A DNA stretch of 32,000 nucleotides from Candidatus Electronema aureum (GTDB taxonomy: Bacteria; Desulfobacterota; Desulfobulbia; Desulfobulbales; Desulfobulbaceae). This document shows positions 1 through 7,741 of this stretch, piece after piece (positions within the stretch are counted from its first letter, which is position 1; the number at the start of each line of letters is the position of its first letter). The stretch spans positions 120,001 to 152,000 of the forward strand of contig NQJD01000002.1 in the NCBI GenBank assembly GCA_004284765.1. The letters run 5' to 3'. The notes beneath the pieces were generated by a model that ran no database searches, was not told the DNA's origin, and was given only the letters and a program-made list of their open reading frames with translations. A program made the translations under genes and the position numbers.

Positions 1-1
1 T

Positions 2-88
2 AACTCTACCTTCAATCCTGCAACAAAGGAATGGAAGTGCGAGAAGGTCGAGTGCATCAACATTGTTGAGACCGAGCCTTGGATTTAA
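2..88 (+). CDS. 3' end of an upstream CDS (…NSTFNPATKEWKCEKVECINIVETEPWI*); probably the adenylylsulfate reductase alpha subunit
   Basis: Open frame 2 runs from the window edge to TAA at 86-88. The aprA assignment rests only on the conserved aprBA-qmoABC synteny. I cannot verify the C-terminal sequence from memory. Confidence 0.4.
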   Translation, partial: NSTFNPATKEWKCEKVECINIVETEPWI

Positions 89-177
89 TCAAGGACTAAT
101 GGCAGATTATGCAGCGGGTAAGAACTCACAGCTTTGTCAGTTCCTGTCCTGCGGCTGATTTGCCGTAAGGTGTCGTT

Positions 178-225
178 GAATCTCCAAGTTCCTTCTGTTT
201 GTGGGGGCTTGGAGATTTTTCTGTT
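178..225 (+). terminator. Candidate intrinsic terminator or attenuator downstream of the upstream CDS
   Basis: Perfect 10-bp stem AATCTCCAAG (179-188) / CTTGGAGATT (208-217) with a 19-nt loop, running directly into a T-run (216-220) and TTTCTGTTG. Confidence 0.45.
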
Positions 226-344
226 GTAAGCTGGAAAAATTCTGTTTGACTTGAGCTGCATATTTTTCTGTGATGCAATTCATGCACCTCAAGTGAACCA
301 GAAATACCATTTTATCAATACCAGCAGTTTTATGGAGGTTTGGC

Positions 345-1598
345 ATGAGCAATGCTGCGAAAACTGGTGCAGTGCTGGTTGTAGGCGGCGGCATCAGCGG
401 ATTAACCGCTGCGCTGGAAGCTGCGGAAGTAGGCAATGATGTGTTTCTTATTGACCGAAATCCGTACTTTGGTGGCCGCGTGGCCCAGCTTAATCAGTAC
501 TTTCCAAAACTTTGTCCCCCGTCTTGCGGTTTGGAAATCAACTTCAAGCGCGTTAAGAACAATCGCAAAATTCGTACTTATACTTTAACTACGGTTAAGT
601 CGGTCACAGGGGGGCCGGGCAATTACGAAGTGACGTTGGAAACCGCGCCGCGTTATGTCAACTCTAACTGCACGGCTTGCGGCGACTGCGCTCAAGTTTG
701 CACCGACGAGATTGACAATGCCTTTAACTTTGGCATGAACAAAACCAAGGCGATTTATCTGCCGCACGAGATGGCCTTCCCGCGCCGTTATGTGTTGGCG
801 AAAAATGCCTGTTCATCGCAATGTTTAGAAACGATCAAGGCAGCCTGTAAGTACAACGCCATTGACACCGAGATGCAGACGGAGACCTTTACGCTTCAGG
901 TCGGTTCCATTGTCTGGGCCACTGGCTGGAATCCTTATGATGCCAGCAAGCTGACTAATCTCAAGCCGAATTCTTCCTCTGCGATCATCACCAACATGAT
1001 GATGGAGCGAATGGCAGCGGACAACGGACCTACCGGCGGCAAAATCGTCCGCCCGGGCGACAACAAGGAAATTGAGTCCATCGCCTTTGTCCAGTGTGCA
1101 GGTTCTCGCGACGAAAATCATCTGGAATACTGCTCCTACATCTGCTGCATGGCTACTTTCAAGCAGATGACCTATGTCCGCGAGCGGTATCCGAACGCCA
1201 AGATTTATGTCTTCTACATTGATCTGCGCACGCCGGGCAAGTACGAGCATTTCCGCGAGAAGCTGCGCACCGATGCCAACGCCCAGTTTATCAAAGGCAA
1301 AGTGGCAGACATCGTTGCTGAAAGTGACGGCGGCGTAACCGTGGTGGCTGAAAACGCCGTTACTGGTGCAAAAATTCGGCAGAAAGTTGATATGTGCGTC
1401 TTGGCAACTGGAATGCAGCCCGCGTTGGGCGAGCAGGGCAAGGCACTCGGCCTGAAAATGGACGGCAATGGTTTTGTGGTTTCCGAGCCTGAGAAAGGCA
1501 TGATCGCCGCAGGTTGCGCTAAATCAGCCGCCGATGTCTATACCTGTACCCAGTCTGCGACTGCCGCAGCCCTGAAAGCCATCCAGACCGCACAGTAG
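345..1598 (+). CDS. qmoA: QmoA, HdrA-like flavoprotein subunit of the quinone-interacting membrane-bound oxidoreductase
   Basis: 417 aa. N-terminal FAD fold VVGGGISGLTAA and the Cys cluster CTACGDCAQVC. GGAGG lies 6 nt upstream of the ATG. It is followed by qmoB and qmoC. Confidence 0.88.
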   Translation: MSNAAKTGAVLVVGGGISGLTAALEAAEVGNDVFLIDRNPYFGGRVAQLNQYFPKLCPPSCGLEINFKRVKNNRKIRTYTLTTVKSVTGGPGNYEVTLETAPRYVNSNCTACGDCAQVCTDEIDNAFNFGMNKTKAIYLPHEMAFPRRYVLAKNACSSQCLETIKAACKYNAIDTEMQTETFTLQVGSIVWATGWNPYDASKLTNLKPNSSSAIITNMMMERMAADNGPTGGKIVRPGDNKEIESIAFVQCAGSRDENHLEYCSYICCMATFKQMTYVRERYPNAKIYVFYIDLRTPGKYEHFREKLRTDANAQFIKGKVADIVAESDGGVTVVAENAVTGAKIRQKVDMCVLATGMQPALGEQGKALGLKMDGNGFVVSEPEKGMIAAGCAKSAADVYTCTQSATAAALKAIQTAQ

Positions 1599-1612
1599 GA
1601 GGAAAAAAATCA

Positions 1613-3850
1613 ATGAATAAAGTATATGGTGCGTATCTCTGCACAGGCTGCGGCATTGGCAATATTCTTGATGCCGAGGGGCTGAAAACCGCCGCTTCCG
1701 AAACCGGCATTGAGATGCAGGAGCATGACTGCCTTTGCGGCGCTGAAGGACTGGCTCTGATCAACAAGGACATTGCTGATCAGGGCGTAAATACAATAGT
1801 GGTTTGTGCTTGCTCGCCACGTGTAATGCAGGACGTGTTCAGCTTCGGCAAGAACACCATCACCATCCGGGGCAACCTGCGCGAGCAGGTTGCTTGGGTT
1901 GCCGGTGATGCTGAGAAGGGCGACGAGTTCATTCAGGAGCTGGGCGAGGACTATGTCCGCATGGCCGTCACCCGCGCTCAGAAGAGCGAGCTGCCCAAGC
2001 CGTATCTGCTGGAGAACATCAGCAAAAAGATTCTGGTCATGGGCGGCGGCATCGCTGGTCTGACCGCAGCGACCGAGGCCGCCAAGGCAGGCTACGAGGT
2101 GACGCTGGTCGAGAAGACCGCCAATCTCGGCGGCAAGGCCCTCGGCTGGCGGAAGATGTTCCCGACCGCTTATCCGTATTCTCAGCTGGAGCAGCCGAAC
2201 ATTGAGCAGCTCGTCGCCGCAGCCACCGGCAGCAGCAAAATCACCGTCAAGATCGAGACCGAAGTTGCCCGCATTGGCGGCGCACCAGGCGCGTTCAAGG
2301 TTTCCTTCAAGGCCGCAGGCAGCAAAAATGAGTGGGATGCTCCGGCCAAAGTGACGGTTGATGAGCAGGAGAAGATTGACAAGGGCGAGAAGGAAGATCC
2401 CAATGCCGGTCTGCAAAAATACACCGCTGTGGATGCTGCCGCCGAGGTTTACGGAGCGGTGGTTCTGGCCACCGGCTGGCGGCCTGCTGATGTTTCCGAG
2501 TACGCACATCTGGGCTACGACGGCAAAAAAGTAGTCACCAATGCTGAGTTTGAGAAGCTGGCTAAAACCGGCAAGGTCCCGGCAAAAGTCGCCTTTGTGC
2601 AAAGCCCTGGCGGCAAAGATCACGACCGCGATTTTCCGTACTGCAACTCTGTCACCTCAATGGTGGCTCTGAAGCAGGCTCAGTATGTCTGCGACGACAA
2701 CGAGAACGGCCAAGCCTACATCCTTTATCAGCATATCCGCACCCCCGGCAACACCGAGCTGTTCTACAAAGGGATGCAGCAGCGCGACGGCGTGTTCATG
2801 ACCAAGGCCGCTGTGACCAAGGTTGAGGAATGCGGCTCCGGCCTGAAAGTGACTGCCGAGAACACCCTGCTTGGCGACACGCTGGAGCTGAACGTGGACA
2901 TGGTGGTGTTGGCCGCAGGCATGGTTCCGACCACCGCCGACGCGCCCACCGTCAACTTGGCCTACCGTCAAGGTCCGGCCTTCTTGGATCTGGATTTGTT
3001 TGACGGCTACGCCGACTCCCACTTCATCTGCTTCCCCTACGAAACCCGGCGCACTGGTGTCTATACCTGTGGCGGTGTGCGCAAAGCGGAAACGATGGAA
3101 GAAACCATTGACGACGCGACCGGCGCGGCCTTGAAGGCGATTCAGTGCATCGAGTCCGCTGACCGGGGCGTGGCTGTGCATCCGCGTTCCGGCGACATGA
3201 CCTTCCCGGACTTCTTCTTCCAGCGCTGCACCCAGTGCAAACGCTGCACTGAGGAATGTCCGTTCGGCGCATTGGACGACGACGCGAAAGGCACGCCGCT
3301 GCCCAACCCAACCCGCTGCCGTCGCTGCGGCACCTGCATGGGTGCCTGCCCAGAACGAATTATTGGTTTTGCCGATTACAACATCGACATGATCGGTTCG
3401 ATGGTCAAATCCATCAACGTGCCGGACGATGATGAGGATAAGCTCCGCATCGCCGTGTTTGTCTGCGAGAACGACGCATACCCGGCCCTTGACATGGCTG
3501 GTATGCGCCGCAACAAGCTGAACACGCTGGTGCGCTTCATCCCGGTGCGCTGCCTCGGCTCGGTGAACATGGTCTGGATCAAGGACGCGATGTCCTCCGG
3601 CATGGACGGCGTGCTGCTGCTCGGCTGCCGTCACGGCGAGAATTATCAGTGCCACTTTGTCAAAGGCTCTGAGATCGCCAGCAAGCGCATGGCCAACATC
3701 GGCGAGACACTCGGCACCTTGGGTCTGGAGCCGGAGCGCTGCGCCGCCGAGCAGGTGGCGATCAGCGACTACGACAAGATTCCCGGCATCATCGAGAGCT
3801 TTGTCGAGTCCATCAAAGAGATGGGGCCGAACCCATTTAAGGGTTTCTGA
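1613..3850 (+). CDS. qmoB: QmoB, HdrA-like flavoprotein with two ferredoxin-type clusters and a C-terminal MvhD-like domain
   Basis: 745 aa. Contains VMGGGIAGLTAA, CTQCKRCTEECP and CRRCGTCMGACP. The C-terminal part (IAVFVCENDAY…RCLGSVN…LLLGCRHGENYQCHF) is typical of MvhD/FlpD. AGGAGG overlaps the qmoA stop codon. Confidence 0.9.
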   Translation: MNKVYGAYLCTGCGIGNILDAEGLKTAASETGIEMQEHDCLCGAEGLALINKDIADQGVNTIVVCACSPRVMQDVFSFGKNTITIRGNLREQVAWVAGDAEKGDEFIQELGEDYVRMAVTRAQKSELPKPYLLENISKKILVMGGGIAGLTAATEAAKAGYEVTLVEKTANLGGKALGWRKMFPTAYPYSQLEQPNIEQLVAAATGSSKITVKIETEVARIGGAPGAFKVSFKAAGSKNEWDAPAKVTVDEQEKIDKGEKEDPNAGLQKYTAVDAAAEVYGAVVLATGWRPADVSEYAHLGYDGKKVVTNAEFEKLAKTGKVPAKVAFVQSPGGKDHDRDFPYCNSVTSMVALKQAQYVCDDNENGQAYILYQHIRTPGNTELFYKGMQQRDGVFMTKAAVTKVEECGSGLKVTAENTLLGDTLELNVDMVVLAAGMVPTTADAPTVNLAYRQGPAFLDLDLFDGYADSHFICFPYETRRTGVYTCGGVRKAETMEETIDDATGAALKAIQCIESADRGVAVHPRSGDMTFPDFFFQRCTQCKRCTEECPFGALDDDAKGTPLPNPTRCRRCGTCMGACPERIIGFADYNIDMIGSMVKSINVPDDDEDKLRIAVFVCENDAYPALDMAGMRRNKLNTLVRFIPVRCLGSVNMVWIKDAMSSGMDGVLLLGCRHGENYQCHFVKGSEIASKRMANIGETLGTLGLEPERCAAEQVAISDYDKIPGIIESFVESIKEMGPNPFKGF

Positions 3851-3873
3851 TCGTTCCACTCTGCTGCACTAAA

Positions 3874-3907
3874 CCGCGTCTGTCGGGTATTTTTCCGATA
3901 GGCGCGG
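3874..3907 (+). other. Intercistronic stem-loop between qmoB and qmoC
   Basis: 13-bp stem CCGCGTCTGTCGG (3874-3886) / CCGATAGGCGCGG (3895-3907) with two G.U pairs and an 8-nt loop. No U-tract follows. Confidence 0.45.
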
Positions 3908-3969
3908 CCTCTTCAGTGCGCCGCTGTTTCTACAGAACAGAAAATTAATTTTCAGGACAGGAGGATGAC

Positions 3970-5181
3970 GTGTCTGTGAAAGTGCAACCAGATATTGATT
4001 TTATCAAAGAGATGAAGGAAGCAGGTGGTGACACGCTAAAAAAATGCTTCCAATGTGCCACTTGCTCGGTGGTTTGCCCGCTTTCGTCGGATCAAAAGCC
4101 TTTTCCCCGGCAGCAGATGATTTTTGCTCAATGGGGTCTTAAAGATAGATTGCTGGGCGATCCCAATGTGTTGCTTTGCCATCAATGCGGTGACTGTACC
4201 GCTTATTGCCCGCGTGGTGCTCGTCCCGGCGATGTCATGGGTGCGATTCGGGCCTATGCATATAGGCATTATGGTTGGCCGTCATTTTTGGCTAACTTAG
4301 CCAGCAGGAGTCAAAATCTGCCAATTTTGTTCGGCATCCCGGCAGCGATTATCTGCATCATGTGGCTGATAGCCGGTGGCTCGCACAACATCCCTGATGC
4401 CAAGGATTTTGTTGATTTTGGCTATAGCCATTTTTTTGGTCATTGGAATTTCAAATTTCTGACTCGGAACGTGCTGTTCATTGACCTGATCATGATCCCT
4501 ACAGCCAGCCTGTCTGTGTTTGCCGCTTTTAAAGGGGTAACAGGTCTGTGGAAAAAAATGACAGAAAACGCTGGGATAGGTGCGGCACTTTACCGGCCTT
4601 CTCCACTCCAGTTTGTGAAGGAATTCCTTTGGCCGTCCGTGCAGGAAATCGTTCGTCATGATCGCTTTAAAAAATGCGAAGCGAATAAAGACCGCGTTGC
4701 AGGCCATCAGCCGCTGATGTGGGCGTTTATCGGACTTTTTTTTGTCACAGGCTACTCGTTTATCTCCCAAGATTTCATTGGCATCTTACTGCCTTCACTG
4801 CACGGCCCGATGTCGATGCTGAATCCGGTTAAAATTATTGCCAATATCGCTGCCATTGCCATGATTTATGGTGTCGGTGTTTTATGGAGCAATCGCAGCC
4901 AGATGGAAGAAAGCGGACAAGCAACCAGCACCTTTTACGACTGGTTCTTGATTTGGATGATCATGGGCGTTGGTGTCACTGGCATGGGATCAGAGCTGAT
5001 GCGCTTGATCGGCATTCCGTCTCTCGGCTACCTGATCTATTATCTGCATTTGGTTTCAGTTATGATGCTTTTTCTCTACATGCCTTATACCAAGTTTGCC
5101 CATTTGGTGTACAGAACCCTCGCGATGACTTTTGAGCGGTATCGCGAATCAGCCTATGTGAAGAATTCGCTGAAGGGATAA
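3970..5181 (+). CDS. qmoC: QmoC, fused HdrC-like FeS domain plus HdrE-like membrane cytochrome b domain
   Basis: 403 aa with a GTG start 5 nt after AGGAGG. Two CxxCxxCxxxCP motifs (CFQCATCSVVCP, CHQCGDCTAYCP) are followed by multiple hydrophobic helices. Confidence 0.85.
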   Translation: MSVKVQPDIDFIKEMKEAGGDTLKKCFQCATCSVVCPLSSDQKPFPRQQMIFAQWGLKDRLLGDPNVLLCHQCGDCTAYCPRGARPGDVMGAIRAYAYRHYGWPSFLANLASRSQNLPILFGIPAAIICIMWLIAGGSHNIPDAKDFVDFGYSHFFGHWNFKFLTRNVLFIDLIMIPTASLSVFAAFKGVTGLWKKMTENAGIGAALYRPSPLQFVKEFLWPSVQEIVRHDRFKKCEANKDRVAGHQPLMWAFIGLFFVTGYSFISQDFIGILLPSLHGPMSMLNPVKIIANIAAIAMIYGVGVLWSNRSQMEESGQATSTFYDWFLIWMIMGVGVTGMGSELMRLIGIPSLGYLIYYLHLVSVMMLFLYMPYTKFAHLVYRTLAMTFERYRESAYVKNSLKG

Positions 5182-5200
5182 GGACTTCCGTTAGTTTCAT

Positions 5201-5240
5201 AGGCCGGATTACAGTTCGCTGTTTTCCGGCCTACTTCTTG
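5201..5240 (+). terminator. Weak candidate terminator after qmoC
   Basis: 8-bp stem AGGCCGGA (5201-5208) / TCCGGCCT (5225-5232) with a 16-nt loop. The tail ACTTCTTG is only moderately U-rich. Confidence 0.3.
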
Positions 5241-5264
5241 CAAAGCAAATTCTGTAAAAAAGCG

Positions 5265-5292
5265 TTGACTTTTATTTTTTTCTGACTATAAT
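5265..5292 (+). promoter_or_regulatory. Near-consensus sigma-70 promoter for the tRNA-tuf transcription unit
   Basis: TTGACT (5265-5270), a 16-nt spacer, then TATAAT (5287-5292). The upstream flank is A-rich and the first tRNA starts 13 nt downstream. Confidence 0.55.
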
Positions 5293-5304
5293 AATGCATC
5301 CTGC

Positions 5305-5380
5305 GCTGGCGTAGCTCAACTGGCAGAGCACCTGATTTGTAATCAGGGGGTTGCGGGTTCAAGTCCCATCGCCAGCTCCA
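5305..5380 (+). tRNA. tRNA-Thr (anticodon UGU)
   Basis: 76-nt cloverleaf read by eye. Acceptor stem GCTGGCG/CGCCAGC, anticodon loop TTTGTAA, T-loop TTCAAGT, CCA encoded. There is one C.A mismatch in the T-stem. Confidence 0.88.
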
Positions 5381-5444
5381 GAGTGTGACGGAGAGAAACC
5401 GAAGTTTTATCTACGGATTTTCTCCATCGAATTCTGAATATTAT

Positions 5445-5530
5445 GGAGGGGTTCCCGAGTGGCCAAAGGGATCAGACTGTAAATCTGCCGGTGTACGCCT
5501 TCGGAGGTTCGAATCCTCCCCCCTCCACCA
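5445..5530 (+). tRNA. tRNA-Tyr (anticodon GUA), class II with a long variable arm
   Basis: 86 nt. Acceptor stem GGAGGGG/CCCCTCC, anticodon loop CTGTAAA, T-arm GGAGG-TTCGAAT-CCTCC, CCA encoded. It closely resembles the E. coli tRNA-Tyr layout. Confidence 0.9.
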
Positions 5531-5588
5531 CAGTATGATGCGGAATATGCTAACTGAGTAAGCATGGTTCCGATGATTGAAGCAGCAA

Positions 5589-5663
5589 GCGGGAATAGCT
5601 CAATGGTAGAGCATCAGCCTTCCAAGCTGAGGGTTGCGGGTTCGAGTCTCGTTTCCCGCTCCA
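5589..5663 (+). tRNA. tRNA-Gly (anticodon UCC)
   Basis: 75 nt. Acceptor stem GCGGGAA/TTCCCGC, anticodon loop CTTCCAA, T-loop TTCGAGT, CCA encoded. Confidence 0.92.
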
Positions 5664-5682
5664 TAATAAAATAAAAAAGTAA

Positions 5683-5757
5683 GCCCACGTAACTCAGCGG
5701 TAGAGTACCTCCTTGGTAAGGAGGAAGTCATCGGTTCGAGACCGATCGTGGGCTCCA
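5683..5757 (+). tRNA. tRNA-Thr (anticodon GGU)
   Basis: 75 nt. Acceptor stem GCCCACG/CGTGGGC, anticodon stem-loop CCTCC-TTGGTAA-GGAGG, T-arm ATCGG-TTCGAGA-CCGAT, CCA encoded. Confidence 0.92.
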
Positions 5758-5843
5758 TTTGAAGCGGTTATAAAAAAAGTAGTCGTTGTTGGGCGGCAGA
5801 CAACCGGCTGGTGAAATTTGTTTTTTGTCTGAGGAGACAGGTA

Positions 5844-7034
5844 ATGGCAAAAGAAAAGTTCGAGCGGACGAAACCGCATGTCAATGTCGGGACCATTGGT
5901 CACGTTGATCACGGGAAAACCACGCTGACAGCGGCGATCACCCGTGTGCTGTCCACCAAGGGGCAGGCTCATTTTGTTGATTTCAGCGAAATTGATAAGG
6001 CACCTGAGGAAAAGGAACGCGGTATTACTATTGCTACCGCCCACGTGGAATATGAAACGGTAAAACGTCATTATGCCCACGTTGACTGTCCCGGCCATGC
6101 CGACTACATTAAGAATATGATCACCGGTGCAGCCCAGATGGACGGGGCAATTTTGGTGGTGGGTGCAGATGACGGCCCGATGCCACAGACCCGTGAGCAC
6201 ATTCTGCTGGCGCGGCAGGTTGGTGTACCGGCTATTGTCATCTTCCTGAACAAATGCGACATGGTTGATGATGAAGAGCTGATCGAGCTAGTAGAGATGG
6301 AGCTGCGCGAGCTGCTCGACGTTTATAAGTTTCCCGGCGACGACACTCCGATTATTCGCGGTTCGGCTTTGATGGCTCTTCAGAATCCAGAGGAAGCGGA
6401 TAAGGCTAAGTGCATTTGGGACCTGATGGATGCAGTTGATAGTTGGGTTCCCCAGCCGCAGCGCGATATCGACAAGCCCTTTTTGATGCCGGTTGAAGAT
6501 GTTTTTTCGATCTCCGGGCGCGGTACTGTGGCCACAGGCAGGATCGAAAGCGGTATTATCAAAGTAGGTGATGAGGTTGAAATTGTGGGTATTAATCCCA
6601 CTCAAAAGACCACGATCACCGGCGTAGAGATGTTCCGCAAGATTCTCGATGAGGGGCAGGCAGGCGACAACATCGGCGCATTACTGCGCGGCACCAAGCG
6701 TGAGGATATCGTGCGCGGCCAAGTTTTGGCCAAGCCCGGCTCGATCACACCGCATAAAAAGTTCAAGGCTGAGGCCTACATTCTGACTAAAGAGGAAGGC
6801 GGTCGTCATACACCTTTCTTCAACGGCTATCGCCCACAGTTCTATTTTAGAACGACGGATGTGACTGGTATCTGTACGCTTGAAGAAGGGACAGAGATGG
6901 TCATGCCGGGCGACAACGTGCATATCACTGCCGAGCTGATCTCGCCGATTGCCATGCAGGAAGGTCTTCGTTTCGCCATCCGCGAGGGCGGTCGTACCGT
7001 CGGTGCAGGCGTTATTGTTAAAATTCTTGAGTAA
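5844..7034 (+). CDS. tuf: Elongation factor Tu, copy 1
   Basis: 396 aa starting [27 protein letters not shown], with DCPGHADY and NKCD motifs. The ORF-track start at 5811 is an upstream in-frame extension. ATG 5844 matches copy 2 and the canonical EF-Tu N-terminus. Confidence 0.97.
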
Positions 7035-7041
7035 CAGCGGG
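5844..7041 (+). repeat. Direct repeat unit 1 (tuf plus 7 nt past the stop), paired with 22431-23628
   Basis: By-eye alignment. Identity starts exactly at the ATG and ends 7 nt after the TAA (…TAACAGCGGG). I count roughly two dozen mismatches in about 1.2 kb. Confidence 0.9.
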
Positions 7042-7103
7042 ATGATGCTGACTATTTCAGCTTGACCACCTGCTGTACTCTGCGCAAACAGGAATCATGC
7101 AAG

Positions 7104-7140
7104 CTGCCGCCGTGCCATCTGCCCGGCGGCAGTTCTTGCT
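7104..7140 (+). terminator. Candidate terminator or attenuator between tuf copy 1 and rpmG
   Basis: GC-rich 9-bp stem CTGCCGCCG (7104-7112) / CGGCGGCAG (7124-7132) with an 11-nt loop, followed by TTCTTGCT. Confidence 0.4.
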
Positions 7141-7165
7141 CTGTCTCAACCCCAAGGGCTGAAAA

Positions 7166-7315
7166 ATGAGAGATATCATCACCCTCGCCTGCAAGGACTG
7201 CAAGCAGCGGAATTATACTACCACGAAAAACAAACGCACCATTCCGCACAAGCTGGAGCTGAAGAAGTTTTGTCCCTTCTGTAAAGCACACACGCCCCAC
7301 AAAGAAACAAAATAA
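7166..7315 (+). CDS. rpmG: 50S ribosomal protein L33 (C+ zinc-ribbon form)
   Basis: 49-aa ORF absent from the supplied track: [49 protein letters not shown]. It has CKDC and CPFC motifs and sits in the canonical position upstream of tRNA-Trp and secE. Confidence 0.9.
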   Translation: MRDIITLACKDCKQRNYTTTKNKRTIPHKLELKKFCPFCKAHTPHKETK

Positions 7316-7372
7316 AACGGATTGCCGCAGCAGGGAAAATGATGCTGTGGTGGGCTGCACAAGAAAACGCGC

Positions 7373-7448
7373 AGGTCAGTAGCTCTAACGGTAGAGCATC
7401 GGACTCCAAATCCGAGGGCTGGGGGTTCGAATCCCTCCTGGCCTGCCA
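7373..7448 (+). tRNA. tRNA-Trp (anticodon CCA)
   Basis: 76 nt. Acceptor stem AGGTCAG/CTGGCCT (one G.U pair), anticodon loop CTCCAAA, T-arm GGGGG-TTCGAAT-CCCTC, CCA encoded. Confidence 0.92.
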
Positions 7449-7483
7449 TGTTTCATGTTGCCGGGTGTTTTTTCGGAGTGATA

Positions 7484-7732
7484 ATGATAGATAAAAAAAA
7501 GAAAAGCGGCGGGCTGGATGAAGGTCCGGCTGTATTATCTCCTTATTCTCCTGCTGGTATCAGACAGTTTTTTCAGGAAGTTACTACTGAATTCAAAAAA
7601 ATTGTCTGGCCTGACCGCAAAGCGACATTCGGTATATCCGGCTTTGTCATTCTTCTTACTATTATCCTTTCAGTCTATCTTGGAACTGTGGACTTTGTTC
7701 TCGGCAAGCTGGTCAGTTTGGTGCTGCAATAG
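7484..7732 (+). CDS. secE: Preprotein translocase subunit SecE
   Basis: 82 aa from ATG 7484, with GGAG 7 nt upstream. The protein has FFQEVTTEFKKIVWPDRKAT followed by a single TM helix. The ORF-track start at 7448 overlaps the last base of tRNA-Trp, so I rejected it. Confidence 0.8.
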   Translation: MIDKKKKSGGLDEGPAVLSPYSPAGIRQFFQEVTTEFKKIVWPDRKATFGISGFVILLTIILSVYLGTVDFVLGKLVSLVLQ

Positions 7733-7741
7733 GTTCACATT

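Noticed and set aside
137-439. Small ORFs in the spacer upstream of qmoA (137-436 on the minus strand, 99 aa; 251-439 on the plus strand, 62 aa).
   Set aside because: Both run into the qmoA coding region out of frame, span the terminator-like hairpin or lack an RBS, and have odd composition.
1610-3859. Very long minus-strand ORFs (1610-2623, 337 aa; 2657-3859, 400 aa) plus several 60-95-aa ORFs overlapping qmoB.
   Set aside because: They lie antisense to a CDS with unmistakable QmoB motifs. Their translations are low-complexity and Ala/Gly/Arg-rich, and they have no start context. They are shadow ORFs produced by the high GC3 of qmoB. They are useful only as evidence of that bias.
5381-5444. 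Hairpins in the tRNA spacers (for example GGAGAGAA…TTTTCTCC at about 5391-5426).
   Set aside because: Such structures are typical of polycistronic tRNA precursor spacers. Nothing suggests an independent function.
5811-5843. Upstream-extended ORF-track starts for tuf (5811), secE (7448), rplJ (9708), rpoB (10817) and rplD (24685).
   Set aside because: Each extension adds non-conserved residues and overlaps a tRNA, an attenuator or a leader. Each also lacks an SD, whereas the internal starts have proper SD spacing and canonical N-termini.
5694-6200. A minus-strand ORF of 168 aa over the tuf copy 1 start and tRNA-Thr, and its twin at 22407-22805.
   Set aside because: It appears twice only because tuf is duplicated. 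It is antisense to EF-Tu and overlaps a tRNA, so it is not a gene.
7324-7351. A 9-bp stem-loop (GCCGCAGCA…TGCTGTGGT, two G.U pairs) between rpmG and tRNA-Trp.
   Set aside because: It is real as a sequence feature, but it has no U-tract and lies immediately upstream of a tRNA. It is most simply a precursor-processing context and not distinctive enough to call.
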